From an uncultured archaeon (GTDB taxonomy: Archaea > Iainarchaeota > Iainarchaeia > Iainarchaeales > 0-14-0-20-30-16), in NCBI GenBank assembly GCA_964565725.1, contig CAZMGA010000004.1:5954-37953 (forward strand): 32,000 nucleotides of DNA, in the 5' to 3' direction. The translations under genes and the position numbers were made by a program. This document shows positions 18,616 through 27,381 of the stretch, piece by piece (position 1 is the first letter of the stretch; every line of letters begins with the position of its first letter). The notes below the pieces were generated by a model. It was not told the DNA's origin. It searched no databases and saw only the letters and a list, made by a program, of their open reading frames with translations.

Positions 18616-18637
18616 AAGAAAATAAGTTTATTTTCTT
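18616..18637. terminator. 10-bp perfect inverted repeat (AAGAAAATAA-GT-TTATTTTCTT) at convergent gene ends
   Basis: Direct reading of a palindrome; it spans the stop codon of the minus-strand ORF 18628..19032. Confidence 0.4.
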
Positions 18638-19032
18638 CTTTCTTCTTTTTGGTTTATAATTGTATTCCAATTATTTCCTATATTATATACAAATAATGCA
18701 AATAACATTATAATGATATAAAATAAAACCCACATGAATGGTTTAAATGCCACAACTATGTTTAAATAAGGATCACTGTTATAATTGTAAGGATATAAGG
18801 ATTGCCCTGTAGAATCATAAAAGTAAGTTGCACAAATTTTTGATTCGTCAAAATTAGTTGCTTTTTCATAACACTTATCTATGTTTAATAATACATCCCA
18901 TTGATGGAATAAATTTGCAAAACTTATTATAAATCCAAATAAGCCTAGAAAAAAAATGAATGTGCTTATTAAATTTAGTACATTAAATTTATGTTTACCA
19001 TTGTTAATATAAACTATTTTATGTAAAGCCAT
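18628..19032 (-). CDS. Small membrane protein of unknown function
   Basis: Two to three hydrophobic segments (LISTFIFFLGLFGFIISFANLF; MWVLFYIIIMLFALFVYNIG). Confidence 0.55.
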   Translation of the reverse strand: MALHKIVYINNGKHKFNVLNLISTFIFFLGLFGFIISFANLFHQWDVLLNIDKCYEKATNFDESKICATYFYDSTGQSLYPYNYNSDPYLNIVVAFKPFMWVLFYIIIMLFALFVYNIGNNWNTIINQKEERRK

Positions 19033-19119
19033 AATCTCACCAATAAGATAAATTACTTATAATATATAAATGTTTTTATTGTTAAATAATAATATGAGGG
19101 CTAGAAAAGTTGAAAAATA

Positions 19120-19539
19120 ATGAGTATAATTAAAAAAAAGAAAACTGCCCAATTGTTTGTAGATGAAGCTGTAGCTAGAATTAGAAAAAAGCCAAAGGAT
19201 TTATTTGAAAGTTTAGAATTAAAATCAGAAACTCCTTTAGGGGATTTTGGGTTTTATTTGCCAAATGGTAAGAGAATAATGAATTTTAAAATAGATATTA
19301 GAAATTCTATTTTGTTTATATCTGAATTTAAAATTGAAAATTGGGTTGGGGAATCTTCTTTTAGTAAAATTGGTTTGGGAAGTTATATGATGAACTATAT
19401 AATTAATTTAGCCAAGGCCAAAAATTTGAAAAAAATAAGTTTAGATAGTGTTCTTTCTGCAGTTGATTTTTATAAAAAATTTGGATTCAAAATTGTTAAG
19501 TTAAATGATAAGTTAGTTAAAATGGAATTAAGTTTATAG
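19120..19539 (+). CDS. GNAT-family N-acetyltransferase
   Basis: SFSKIGLGSYMMNYIINLAKAKNLKKISLDSVLSAVDFYKKFGFKIV. Confidence 0.75.
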   Translation: MSIIKKKKTAQLFVDEAVARIRKKPKDLFESLELKSETPLGDFGFYLPNGKRIMNFKIDIRNSILFISEFKIENWVGESSFSKIGLGSYMMNYIINLAKAKNLKKISLDSVLSAVDFYKKFGFKIVKLNDKLVKMELSL

Positions 19540-19542
19540 ATT

Positions 19543-20082
19543 TTAATTTTCTATTTGATTCTTTAAAACTCTTCCTTTAGGGATTTGATTTTTAATTTTA
19601 TTTTGAGATAATAAGCCAACACCTAAAACATCTTTTTTGTATTTTAAAATAACATAATTATTTTTATACTCTTTTTCTTGAGTTTTATCTAAATCATATC
19701 CATGAATATATTGATTATATTCTTTTTCATTTAATTCGTAAATATTTTCTTTAATGTTATTATTTAAATAAATTGCAAAATTACTTGTTATTTTTGGGAC
19801 TTCTAAATAATTTCTTAATGCTCTAAAACCTATAGAATTAATTGTTATACCTTTATTTGAAAAAGGTATAAAATTTTTAGTTTTTTTATTTGTAATCCAA
19901 ACATCATTTCCTTTTTTTAAAAAATTATAACTTTCCAAAAAATTTATTTCTATACCATATATTTCATTTAAAAAACTATAAATTCTTTTAATATCTATTT
20001 TTTCTAGTTCTTCATATTCAGATATTATTTTTTTGTCATCTTGCATACGAAAAAACCTTCTATCTTTGCCTTTTGTGGCCAT
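19543..20082 (-). CDS. PUA-like RNA-binding domain ORF resembling the C-terminal domain of NOL1/NOP2/Sun-family enzymes; true start possibly 20046
   Basis: SNKGITINSIGFRALRNYLEVPKITSNFAIYL...YVILKYKKDVLGVGLLSQNKIKNQIPKGR; directly downstream of and overlapping the methyltransferase. Confidence 0.6.
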   Translation of the reverse strand: MATKGKDRRFFRMQDDKKIISEYEELEKIDIKRIYSFLNEIYGIEINFLESYNFLKKGNDVWITNKKTKNFIPFSNKGITINSIGFRALRNYLEVPKITSNFAIYLNNNIKENIYELNEKEYNQYIHGYDLDKTQEKEYKNNYVILKYKKDVLGVGLLSQNKIKNQIPKGRVLKNQIEN

Positions 20083-20984
20083 ATTCTCACACTCTTTTTA
20101 ACTTCTGAATTATATTCTATATTATTATAATTAGTTATTCCATTAGATGTATTTAAACCTTCAAATTTTAAATTTTCTACCTTTAAATCATATTTTTCTA
20201 AAGCGTAATTAATGATTTCTTCATTTTCTTCTGGAGATAACGTACAAGTAGAATAAATTAATGTTCCATTTGGTTTTAATGCAGTATATGCTGAATCAAA
20301 TAATTGTTTTTGTAAAATAGATAATTGTGAAACTTTATTTTGAGACCAAGCATACCTTGACTTAATTTCTTTTTGAAATGTACCTTCACTTGAACATGGC
20401 GCATCCAATAATACTTTGTCAAAAATTTCTGGAAAATTTTTAAATTTTCTACCATCATTTCTTGTAATTATGCAATTCAAACAACCAGATCTATCTAAAT
20501 TTTCTTGCAATGATTTAATTCTTTGTATTAATGGTTCATTAGCAACAATTAAACCTGTATTATCTAAATGCATCGCAATTTCTGAAGTTTTTGATCCTGG
20601 TGCAGCACACATATCTAAAATATACTCTTCTTTTTGTGGATTTAAAGCAATTACTGGCAACATAGATGATGTTTCTTGAACATATATTTTGCCTAAAAAA
20701 TGTTCTAAAGTATTTCCTATTCTTATGTTTTCATTTTTAGATATAAAATAACCATATTTATACCAAGGCATTTGTTCCAAAATAAAACCTTGTTCTTTTA
20801 AACAGCCTACTATGTTTTCTGGTTTGTCTTTTAAAATATTTATTCTAATGCTTTTTTTTAGCGGACTGTCTAGTGTTTTTAATAACTCTTCTAATTCTTC
20901 ATTATTTAACAATTTAGACATTTTATCTACAAAATCTTTAGGAAAAAACATAAAATCACAGAATACATTTATAAACTTTTTCAA
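20025..20984 (-). CDS. NOL1/NOP2/Sun-family RNA (cytosine-C5)-methyltransferase
   Basis: ILDMCAAPGSKTSEIAMHLDNTG, VLLDAPCSSEGTF, LIYSTCTLSPEENEEII (both catalytic Cys motifs). Confidence 0.93.
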   Translation of the reverse strand: MKKFINVFCDFMFFPKDFVDKMSKLLNNEELEELLKTLDSPLKKSIRINILKDKPENIVGCLKEQGFILEQMPWYKYGYFISKNENIRIGNTLEHFLGKIYVQETSSMLPVIALNPQKEEYILDMCAAPGSKTSEIAMHLDNTGLIVANEPLIQRIKSLQENLDRSGCLNCIITRNDGRKFKNFPEIFDKVLLDAPCSSEGTFQKEIKSRYAWSQNKVSQLSILQKQLFDSAYTALKPNGTLIYSTCTLSPEENEEIINYALEKYDLKVENLKFEGLNTSNGITNYNNIEYNSEVKKSVRIWPQKAKIEGFFVCKMTKK

Positions 20985-21055
20985 ATAAATAATATTTCAG
21001 TTATAATAATTATAACAATACTTGTTTTTAAAGTATTACCTTTTTAGACCTTTGT

Positions 21056-21129
21056 GGTCCCTTAGCTCAGTCTGGTAGAGCAACGGGCTTTTAACCCGTG
21101 TGTCGTGGGTTCGAATCCCACAGGGATCA
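21056..21129 (+). tRNA. tRNA-Lys, anticodon UUU, no encoded CCA
   Basis: Acceptor GGTCCCT/AGGGATC, anticodon arm ACGGG-CTTTTAA-CCCGT, T-arm GTGGG-TTCGAAT-CCCAC, discriminator A. Confidence 0.95.
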
Positions 21130-21207
21130 TATTTTTAAATAAAATCTTATTTTATATTTTCTATTTTAATCCGTTTAATATATATATTTTTTGTTTTTAT
21201 TCTTATA

Positions 21208-22326
21208 ATGACTTACAATATTTTATTTGGAATTTGTTCTTTAGGTACTGGACATGTAGCTAGAATATTGCCTTTAATTAAAGAATATTTAAAACAAGGA
21301 AACAATATTTATGTGTTATCTGAAAAGAACGTTATTGAGTTTTTAAAAAATGATTTGGCACAAGAATTTCCAAAAAACAAAAATTATTTTTTGTTTGAGA
21401 AAGAAAAAGTTTATCCTAAATTTGAACGTGGAAAAAATATGTTAACCTATAAATTAAATTTAATTATAGATGGATTAAAAATGCCACATAGAATAAAATC
21501 TGAAAATAAAATTGTAGAAGAATTTGTTAAAAAATATAACATAGATTTTACTATTGGTGATGGGGATTATTCTATGTACTCTAAACAAGTTCCTAGTTTT
21601 ATGTTTATTCATCAAATTGAGTTTATGTTTAGAGGATTATTTTATATTGCTAGAAAAATATCTAGTTATTTTAATTTAAGTATATTCAAAAAATATACTC
21701 AAGTTTTTGTTTATGATATAAACGGAGAAAATAGTTTATCTGGAAAATTAGCACATAATTGGTTTGCAAAGAAAGCAAATGTGAAATATATAGGTATAAC
21801 AAGTCATTACAAAAAAATAGCTGTAGAAAAAGATATAGACTATTTAGTAATAATTAGTGGTTATTTAGCAGAACATAAAGTAGATTTTTATAATAAATTA
21901 ATAAAAATATTAGAAAAAAAACCAGGTAAAAAAATATTTATTATGGGAGATTACGTTAATGATTATCATAAAAAATTAAAAGGTAATATAGAAGTATATT
22001 CTTCATACAAAGGTTTAGATAAACATAAAATATTTAATAGAGCAAAAATGATTGTTTCTAGAACAGGATATACTACATTAATGGATTTGATTGAATTTGA
22101 AAAACCAGCAGTTTTAATACCTACTCCACATCAAAGCGAACAAGAATATCTTGCTCAATATCATAAAAATAAAGGTTATTTTAATATAGTTGATTCACAA
22201 AAAAAATTATCTGAAAAAACATTCATAATAAATAAACACAATACAAGAAAACTATATAAAAATAATTTTGGTAAAAGTGAAAATAATATAAGAGATGTAA
22301 TAAAATCAATTTCTAAACATTTATAA
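21208..22326 (+). CDS. GT28/MurG-like (MJ1255-type) glycosyltransferase
   Basis: CSLGTGHVARILPLIKEYL; IVSRTGYTTLMDLIEFEKPAVLIPTPHQSEQEYLAQYH. Confidence 0.8.
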   Translation: MTYNILFGICSLGTGHVARILPLIKEYLKQGNNIYVLSEKNVIEFLKNDLAQEFPKNKNYFLFEKEKVYPKFERGKNMLTYKLNLIIDGLKMPHRIKSENKIVEEFVKKYNIDFTIGDGDYSMYSKQVPSFMFIHQIEFMFRGLFYIARKISSYFNLSIFKKYTQVFVYDINGENSLSGKLAHNWFAKKANVKYIGITSHYKKIAVEKDIDYLVIISGYLAEHKVDFYNKLIKILEKKPGKKIFIMGDYVNDYHKKLKGNIEVYSSYKGLDKHKIFNRAKMIVSRTGYTTLMDLIEFEKPAVLIPTPHQSEQEYLAQYHKNKGYFNIVDSQKKLSEKTFIINKHNTRKLYKNNFGKSENNIRDVIKSISKHL

Positions 22327-22992
22327 ATCTGAAATGGTTTTAATCTCTATGTTATCGTAAGGCTTTTTTTGTTTTAAACTTATTTTATTTTCATTATTTA
22401 AAAGAAGTAAACTTATTATTAATGAATTAGTAGTTTTAATATTATTTTTTAATTCAAAATATGTTGTTTCTTTTTTATTTTGTAAAAAATCATAAATTCT
22501 TGTTTTTAATTTAAAATAACTTTCAATTTTTATTAAATAGTCAAAATTTTTTTTTCTTTTTTCTTTGCCTTTGTTATCTACCCTATAAAACATATTTTTT
22601 AATTTTTTTTCTAATTCTAAAAGTTCATTATATTTTGCAATTAATTCTTCATTTTCAGGTAAATTTTCTAAAGGATTTTCATTTAAGTTTTGAATTTCAT
22701 TTAATTCTTCTTTTATATTTTGTTCTAATTCTCTTAAACCAATTCTTCTTGCTTTACTTTTTAATAATATTGTACAAATTAAAACAATTAATGATGCATG
22801 TTTTAAATTTTCTTTGTCATATGCATCTTGAATAAGTTTATCTAATAATTCGGAAACATTTAAATCCCAGATATTCATGCCATATTTTCTTATTAAATTG
22901 TGTAAAGTATTTTGCCAGGTATTTTTTTCAATTAATTCAAAAAATTCATTTAGTGTTTTTTGGTTTATATCTTCTTTAATCATAATCATCAA
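22321..22992 (-). CDS. scpA: ScpA-like segregation/condensation protein
   Basis: LHNLIRKYGMNIWDLNVSELLDKLIQDAYDKENLKHASLIVLICTILLKSKARR follows the ScpA N-terminal pattern; winged-helix-like C-terminus. Confidence 0.6.
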   Translation of the reverse strand: MMIMIKEDINQKTLNEFFELIEKNTWQNTLHNLIRKYGMNIWDLNVSELLDKLIQDAYDKENLKHASLIVLICTILLKSKARRIGLRELEQNIKEELNEIQNLNENPLENLPENEELIAKYNELLELEKKLKNMFYRVDNKGKEKRKKNFDYLIKIESYFKLKTRIYDFLQNKKETTYFELKNNIKTTNSLIISLLLLNNENKISLKQKKPYDNIEIKTISDL

Positions 22993-23057
22993 GTAATAAT
23001 ATATCTAAAAATATATAAATTGTTTTTTGGAATACGTTTATTTCCAAAATTTAGTTA

Positions 23058-23130
23058 TGAAGCCACTGGGACTCGAACCCAGATAAACGGGGCCGAAACC
23101 CGTTAGGTTATCCGATTACCTCATAGCTCC
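23058..23130 (-). tRNA. tRNA-Arg, anticodon UCG, no encoded CCA
   Basis: Acceptor GGAGCTA/TGGCTTC, D-arm AGGT...ACCT, anticodon arm ACGGG-TTTCGGC-CCCGT, T-arm CTGGG-TTCGAGT-CCCAG, discriminator A. Confidence 0.93.
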
Positions 23131-23254
23131 ATAAATATATTATGCCTAAATCTTTATAATCTTATAATTGGTTAAATGCTTCGAAACATATAAAAAGGTA
23201 GCGTGTCAATAATATATATTACTTATTTTAAGTTATATAATAAAGGTGATTTTA

Positions 23255-23404
23255 ATGGCTATTTGTGTGAGCTGTAAAAAAGACGTAGATAAATATGTTA
23301 AATTTAAATGCCCAGAATGTGGTGCAGAAATAGTAAGATGTTCTAAATGTAGACTTTTAGAAATAGATTATAAATGCCCTAAATGTGGTTTTAAAGGTAT
23401 ATAG
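23255..23404 (+). CDS. Small zinc-ribbon protein (49 aa), absent from the supplied ORF track
   Basis: [49 protein letters not shown]: four CxxC pairs, RBS AAAGGTGAT upstream, adjacent to EF-1beta. Confidence 0.9.
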   Translation: MAICVSCKKDVDKYVKFKCPECGAEIVRCSKCRLLEIDYKCPKCGFKGI

Positions 23405-23413
23405 GTGTTTTAA

Positions 23414-23674
23414 ATGGGAGATATATTATTAGTTTATGAAGTAACTTTAGAAGATCAAGAATTAATTGATAAAGTAGAAGAAGCAATAAAAAAAATAACT
23501 GTTGGACAATTACAAGAAGTTAAAAGAGCGCCATTTGTTTTTGGAACTGAATTATTAAGGGTTGCAATTATTGTGCCTGATAAAACAGATGGAATTTCTG
23601 ATGCTGTTGAAACATTTTTAAATAGCATTGAAGGTGTGTCTTCTATAAATAATGTTGCAACAACTTTAATTTAG
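23414..23674 (+). CDS. ef1b: Translation elongation factor aEF-1beta
   Basis: 86 aa; RAPFVFGTELLRVAIIVPDKTDGISDAVETFLNSIEGVSSI. Confidence 0.9.
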   Translation: MGDILLVYEVTLEDQELIDKVEEAIKKITVGQLQEVKRAPFVFGTELLRVAIIVPDKTDGISDAVETFLNSIEGVSSINNVATTLI

Positions 23675-23682
23675 GTGAATAT

Positions 23683-24270
23683 ATGGTATTTATTGGAGAT
23701 ATAATAGCAAGAGAAGAAGAATACATAGGTGGTAGAGGTACTTATGTTGATGACGAAGGAAATATACGCGCAACAGTAATAGGCAAAGTAAATAAAAATG
23801 ATGAAAAAAAAATAATATCTGTTAGAGGAAAAATGAATTTAGCAAGAAAAGGAGATTATGCTTTTGGTTTTGTAAGTGATGTTAAAGATAAAGTAATAAT
23901 GATAAAAATTCAAGAAATTAAAGATCCAAAAAATAATTCTAAAGCTATGTTAAAAAATTCAGGAATTATATTTATTCAAAATTTAAGTAATGGTTTTTTA
24001 GACAACCCTAAACAAGCAATTAAAATTGGAGATTTAATAAGAGCACAAGTAATTGATGAAGATGCAACCGCATATATTTTGAGTTTAAAAGAACCAAATT
24101 GTGGAGTATTTTTAGCAAAATGTTCTTCTTGTAGATCTGATTTAAAATTTAAAGCAAAAGATAAAAATAGTAAAGATTTGGCATTGATGGTTTGTCCGAA
24201 ATGTAATAATTTAGAAACTAGAAGAATTACTAGAGATTATGTTTATGGGAGTGATTTAAATGAAAATTAA
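23683..24270 (+). CDS. csl4: Exosome subunit Csl4 (S1 plus zinc ribbon)
   Basis: GDIIAREEEYIGGRGTYVDDEGNIRATVIGKV; CSSCRSDL...CPKCNNLETRRI. Confidence 0.9.
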   Translation: MVFIGDIIAREEEYIGGRGTYVDDEGNIRATVIGKVNKNDEKKIISVRGKMNLARKGDYAFGFVSDVKDKVIMIKIQEIKDPKNNSKAMLKNSGIIFIQNLSNGFLDNPKQAIKIGDLIRAQVIDEDATAYILSLKEPNCGVFLAKCSSCRSDLKFKAKDKNSKDLALMVCPKCNNLETRRITRDYVYGSDLNEN

Positions 24271-24550
24271 ATTTATTGAAGAAACTTCTGAAAAATTAAA
24301 ATTTGAATTATTAGATTCAAAATATACTATACCAGAAATGTTAAAAAATCAATTATTAACACATAAAGAAGTAATTATGGCTTCAGGATTATTAGAACAT
24401 CCAGAAGATAATAAATGTATTTTTGTATTAACTGTAAAGAAAGGATCAAATCCAAGAGAAATTTTAATTAAAACAATAGAAGAATTACAAAAAGAAGTTT
24501 TAGATTTTAAAAATCAAATGATTAAAGAATTACCAAAAGATAAAAAATAA
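24260..24550 (+). CDS. rpo11: DNA-directed RNA polymerase subunit L (Rpo11)
   Basis: LLEHPEDNKCIFVLTVKKGSNPREILIKTIEEL. Confidence 0.88.
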   Translation: MKIKFIEETSEKLKFELLDSKYTIPEMLKNQLLTHKEVIMASGLLEHPEDNKCIFVLTVKKGSNPREILIKTIEELQKEVLDFKNQMIKELPKDKK

Positions 24551-25419
24551 TGGTTCTTATGAAATTCTGGAAATATTTTGATTTATTTTATCCTTATGAT
24601 AAACTAATTGAATTTCTCAAAAAAAAAGGTTTTGAAAATAAACCTTTATCTTATTTTATTTTTATAATTTATGCTTTATTATTAGCATTTATTCTTTTAA
24701 AATTATTGGCTTTAATATTGGGCTCGCATGAAGCAATGATGATAGTAGTATCAGGATCTATGGAACCAAAATTAAATGTTGGAGATATAGTTGTTTTGTT
24801 TAGTCCTAAAACAATAAATACTAATTATATAGATTTAAATATGAACATCAAAGATGTACCTATAAGTAATTATGCTGTAGCCAAATATAATATTCCTGAT
24901 TTAAATTTAATTTTAAATAATTCTGAAATGGTTTATTTTATGCTTTATTATAATTTTTTAGAAAAAAATTGTATTGATAAAAATTGTTTATTAACTGATT
25001 TTTATTATAATAAAAAATCAGCAGATTTTGAATATGTAAAAAAAATGTATCTTTCAAAAAAATATAATTTTTATGATTTAAATTTATATATTGATAATAA
25101 ATTAGTAAACTTAGATAATACTTCTGATATCGTGGTTTATTATTCAGAATTACAAAAAAAAGAAATAATCCATAGAGCAGTATTAGGAATAAATGCTTTG
25201 GATGGTACATATTATTTAACAAAAGGAGATAACATAAAAACAAATTTTTTATTTGATGCTGATGGGGGGTTTTATATAAATAATCAAAAAGAATTATTTA
25301 AAGTGGATTATATTTATCCTTCAGCTTTGCCTAAAGAAAAGCTTTTATCTAAACATCTATTTAAAATTCCTTTTTTGGGTTGGGTTAAATTAGGCCCTGC
25401 AAAACTATTTGGATTTTAA
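24550..25419 (+). CDS. Archaeal-type signal peptidase I with a large internal insertion
   Basis: IVVSGSMEPKLNVGDIVVL (Ser), EIIHRAVLGINALDGTYYLTKGDN (His/Asp region); 289 aa. Confidence 0.85.
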   Translation: MVLMKFWKYFDLFYPYDKLIEFLKKKGFENKPLSYFIFIIYALLLAFILLKLLALILGSHEAMMIVVSGSMEPKLNVGDIVVLFSPKTINTNYIDLNMNIKDVPISNYAVAKYNIPDLNLILNNSEMVYFMLYYNFLEKNCIDKNCLLTDFYYNKKSADFEYVKKMYLSKKYNFYDLNLYIDNKLVNLDNTSDIVVYYSELQKKEIIHRAVLGINALDGTYYLTKGDNIKTNFLFDADGGFYINNQKELFKVDYIYPSALPKEKLLSKHLFKIPFLGWVKLGPAKLFGF

Positions 25420-25459
25420 TTGTTTTAATTTGTAAATAACATTAAAAAATAAAAAATAG

Positions 25460-25479
25460 AAAAGTGCGTTTGCACTTTT
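25460..25479. terminator. Perfect 8-bp inverted repeat AAAAGTGC-GTTT-GCACTTTT between convergent genes
   Basis: A-rich on one side and T-rich on the other, so it could act in both directions; between signal peptidase and aIF5A stop codons. Confidence 0.5.
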
Positions 25480-25482
25480 AAT

Positions 25483-25881
25483 TTACTTAACTCTAATTAT
25501 TCTAACTTTGTCGTCATCTCTTAAGTATTCAATTTCTGAACCATTTGTTATTTTGCTTAAAATTTCTGCTTCTTTTGGTTTTGGACTAGAAAATGTTTCA
25601 TAAGATTGTAAATCCATTATTTGATAACTTTCTCCCATATCTGCTACAACTTGTGCATTTCCTCTATCTACAATAGGAGATTTTACTTCGTCTCCACCAG
25701 AATATAAGGCATTACATTTCTTATCTGTAAAAACATCTACAGCAACTATTCTTATTTTTGCTGCTCCGTGTTTTCCTGGTTTTGAATGATCTAAAGAAGT
25801 AATTTTACAAGGTAAACCTTCAATATCTATTAGGTTTCCTACTTTTAGACTATTTACTGCAATATATTTGAAATCTGACAT
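25483..25881 (-). CDS. eif5a: Translation initiation factor aIF5A
   Basis: LPCKITSLDHSKPGKHGAAKIRIVAVDVF (hypusination loop). Confidence 0.95.
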   Translation of the reverse strand: MSDFKYIAVNSLKVGNLIDIEGLPCKITSLDHSKPGKHGAAKIRIVAVDVFTDKKCNALYSGGDEVKSPIVDRGNAQVVADMGESYQIMDLQSYETFSSPKPKEAEILSKITNGSEIEYLRDDDKVRIIRVK

Positions 25882-26050
25882 TATCTCACCTTTTAAATAG
25901 TAATTATTAAATACTTATAAAATAAATTCAAAAGTGTTTATAAATCCTCTTGTAAATACTTATTTTAAAAAGTTTGCTATATTAATATATAATATATTAG
26001 TTGTTGGAAACGAAATTAATATAAATACTTTGAGGTAAATTTATTTACTT

Positions 26051-26092
26051 ATTTTTATATTTATATATAAATTAATAAAAAGAGAGGGATAT
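26051..26092 (+). promoter_or_regulatory. Probable TATA box and RBS of the S19e-led operon
   Basis: TTTATATTTATATATAA upstream and GAGAGGGAT shortly before the ATG at 26095. Confidence 0.35.
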
Positions 26093-26094
26093 AA

Positions 26095-26511
26095 ATGACA
26101 AGTGTTTACGATGTTCCTGCGCAAGAATTAATTGCGAAGGTAGCAAATGATTTAAAAAGCAAAATAAAAGCACCTGAATTTTCAGAATATGTTAAAACAG
26201 GGGTTTCAAGAGAAAGAAGTCCGGATGATAAAGATTGGTGGTATACAAGAATAGCTTCTATGTTAAGAACCTTTTATACTAAAAACGCTTTAGGCGTAAA
26301 TATTTTGAGAGGTTATTATGGAGGGGCTAAAAGAAGAGGAGCAGCACCTACAAAACATGAAAAAGGTTCTGGTAAAATAACTAGATTAGCTGTTCAAGAA
26401 TTAGAAAAATTAGGTTATTTACAAAAAACAGAAAAAGGAAGAATAATTACATTAAAAGGTAGACAATATTTAGATAATTTTGCAAAAGATTTGACTAAAA
26501 AAGCAAAGTGA
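26095..26511 (+). CDS. rps19e: 30S ribosomal protein S19e
   Basis: DKDWWYTRIASMLRTFYTKNALGVNILRGYYGGAKRRGAAPTKHEKGSGKITR. Confidence 0.96.
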   Translation: MTSVYDVPAQELIAKVANDLKSKIKAPEFSEYVKTGVSRERSPDDKDWWYTRIASMLRTFYTKNALGVNILRGYYGGAKRRGAAPTKHEKGSGKITRLAVQELEKLGYLQKTEKGRIITLKGRQYLDNFAKDLTKKAK

Positions 26512-26515
26512 TTAA

Positions 26516-26746
26516 ATGGATGATAAGGATATAGAACTATTATTATACAAAGTTCTTACTCCAGATGCAAGACAAAGATTAAACAATATTAGATTGATTA
26601 ATGAAGAAAGATATTTGCAAATAAGTAAAATTATTTTATCTTTAGTACAAGGAAATAAAATTAATATTCCTTTAGAAGATGAAGATTTAAAAATATTGTT
26701 AATAAAAACAATGCAAAATAAAGAAATTAATATTATTAGGAAGTGA
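26516..26746 (+). CDS. PDCD5-family DNA-binding protein
   Basis: LLYKVLTPDARQRLNNIRLINEERYLQISKIILSL; usual S19e neighbour. Confidence 0.85.
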   Translation: MDDKDIELLLYKVLTPDARQRLNNIRLINEERYLQISKIILSLVQGNKINIPLEDEDLKILLIKTMQNKEINIIRK

Positions 26747-26943
26747 ATATTATGAGTACAAATAAAAGTTCAGAATTAAAAACCTTTTTAAGAACTGCAA
26801 GAAGAAAAGTAGGTAAAGGTGTTTTTAGTGCTCCTGTATGGGTTATGCAAAAAACAGGTGAAAGATTATATAATAAAAAAGCTAAAAGAACTTGGGACAA
26901 AACAAGTTTTGGTCATGAGTTTGGTAATAAAAAAGGTGATTAA
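26743..26943 (+). CDS. rpl39e: 50S ribosomal protein L39e
   Basis: SAPVWVMQKTGERLYNKKAKRTWDKTSF; position between PDCD5 and L31e. Confidence 0.85.
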   Translation: MNIMSTNKSSELKTFLRTARRKVGKGVFSAPVWVMQKTGERLYNKKAKRTWDKTSFGHEFGNKKGD

Positions 26944-27375
26944 ATGACTAATTTTGAAGAAAAAAAAATAACTGTTGGTATTGATATTAAAGATAAAAAT
27001 TATAAACATAAAGCAAAACATGCTATGTCTGCTTTTAGACAACAAATCTTAAAACATTTTAGAACTACTAATTGTGTAATATCTAAAAATTTGAATGAAT
27101 TTTTTTGGGCTAAAGGTAGACCAAATGCACCTTCAAAAGTATCTATAATAGGAATCACAAAAAATAATAAAATATATTTATTTTTAGATACTCCCGAAGA
27201 TTTAAAAAACAAAGATATTTTAATTAAAGGTAAGGAAGAAAAAAAAGAAACTAAACCTTCAAAAGATTTAGAATTAAAAACTGAAAGTAAAGATTTAAAT
27301 GTAGAAAAATCAAAACCTTCAAAACCTGCAAAAAAAGTAGAAACTAATGAAAAGAAAAAAGAAAAAAAAAAGTGA
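26944..27375 (+). CDS. rpl31e: 50S ribosomal protein L31e with Lys/Glu-rich C-terminal extension
   Basis: HKAKHAMSAFRQQILKHFRT...NEFFWAKGRPNAPSKVSIIGI followed by a ~50 aa charged tail. Confidence 0.88.
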   Translation: MTNFEEKKITVGIDIKDKNYKHKAKHAMSAFRQQILKHFRTTNCVISKNLNEFFWAKGRPNAPSKVSIIGITKNNKIYLFLDTPEDLKNKDILIKGKEEKKETKPSKDLELKTESKDLNVEKSKPSKPAKKVETNEKKKEKKK

Positions 27376-27381
27376 AATGAA

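Noticed and set aside
20276-20679. ORFs 20276..20458 (-) and 20416..20679 (+)
   Set aside because: Alternate-frame and antisense shadows within the NSUN methyltransferase gene.
24938-25243. 101-aa minus-strand ORF
   Set aside because: Antisense to the signal peptidase; low-complexity Leu/Tyr-rich, typical of an AT-rich shadow.
11101-27212. Other shadow ORFs: 11101..11286 (+), 13903..14130 (+), 16858..17073 (-), 22635..22835 (+), 27000..27212 (-)
   Set aside because: Each lies opposite a better-supported gene and has no independent motif, RBS or composition support.
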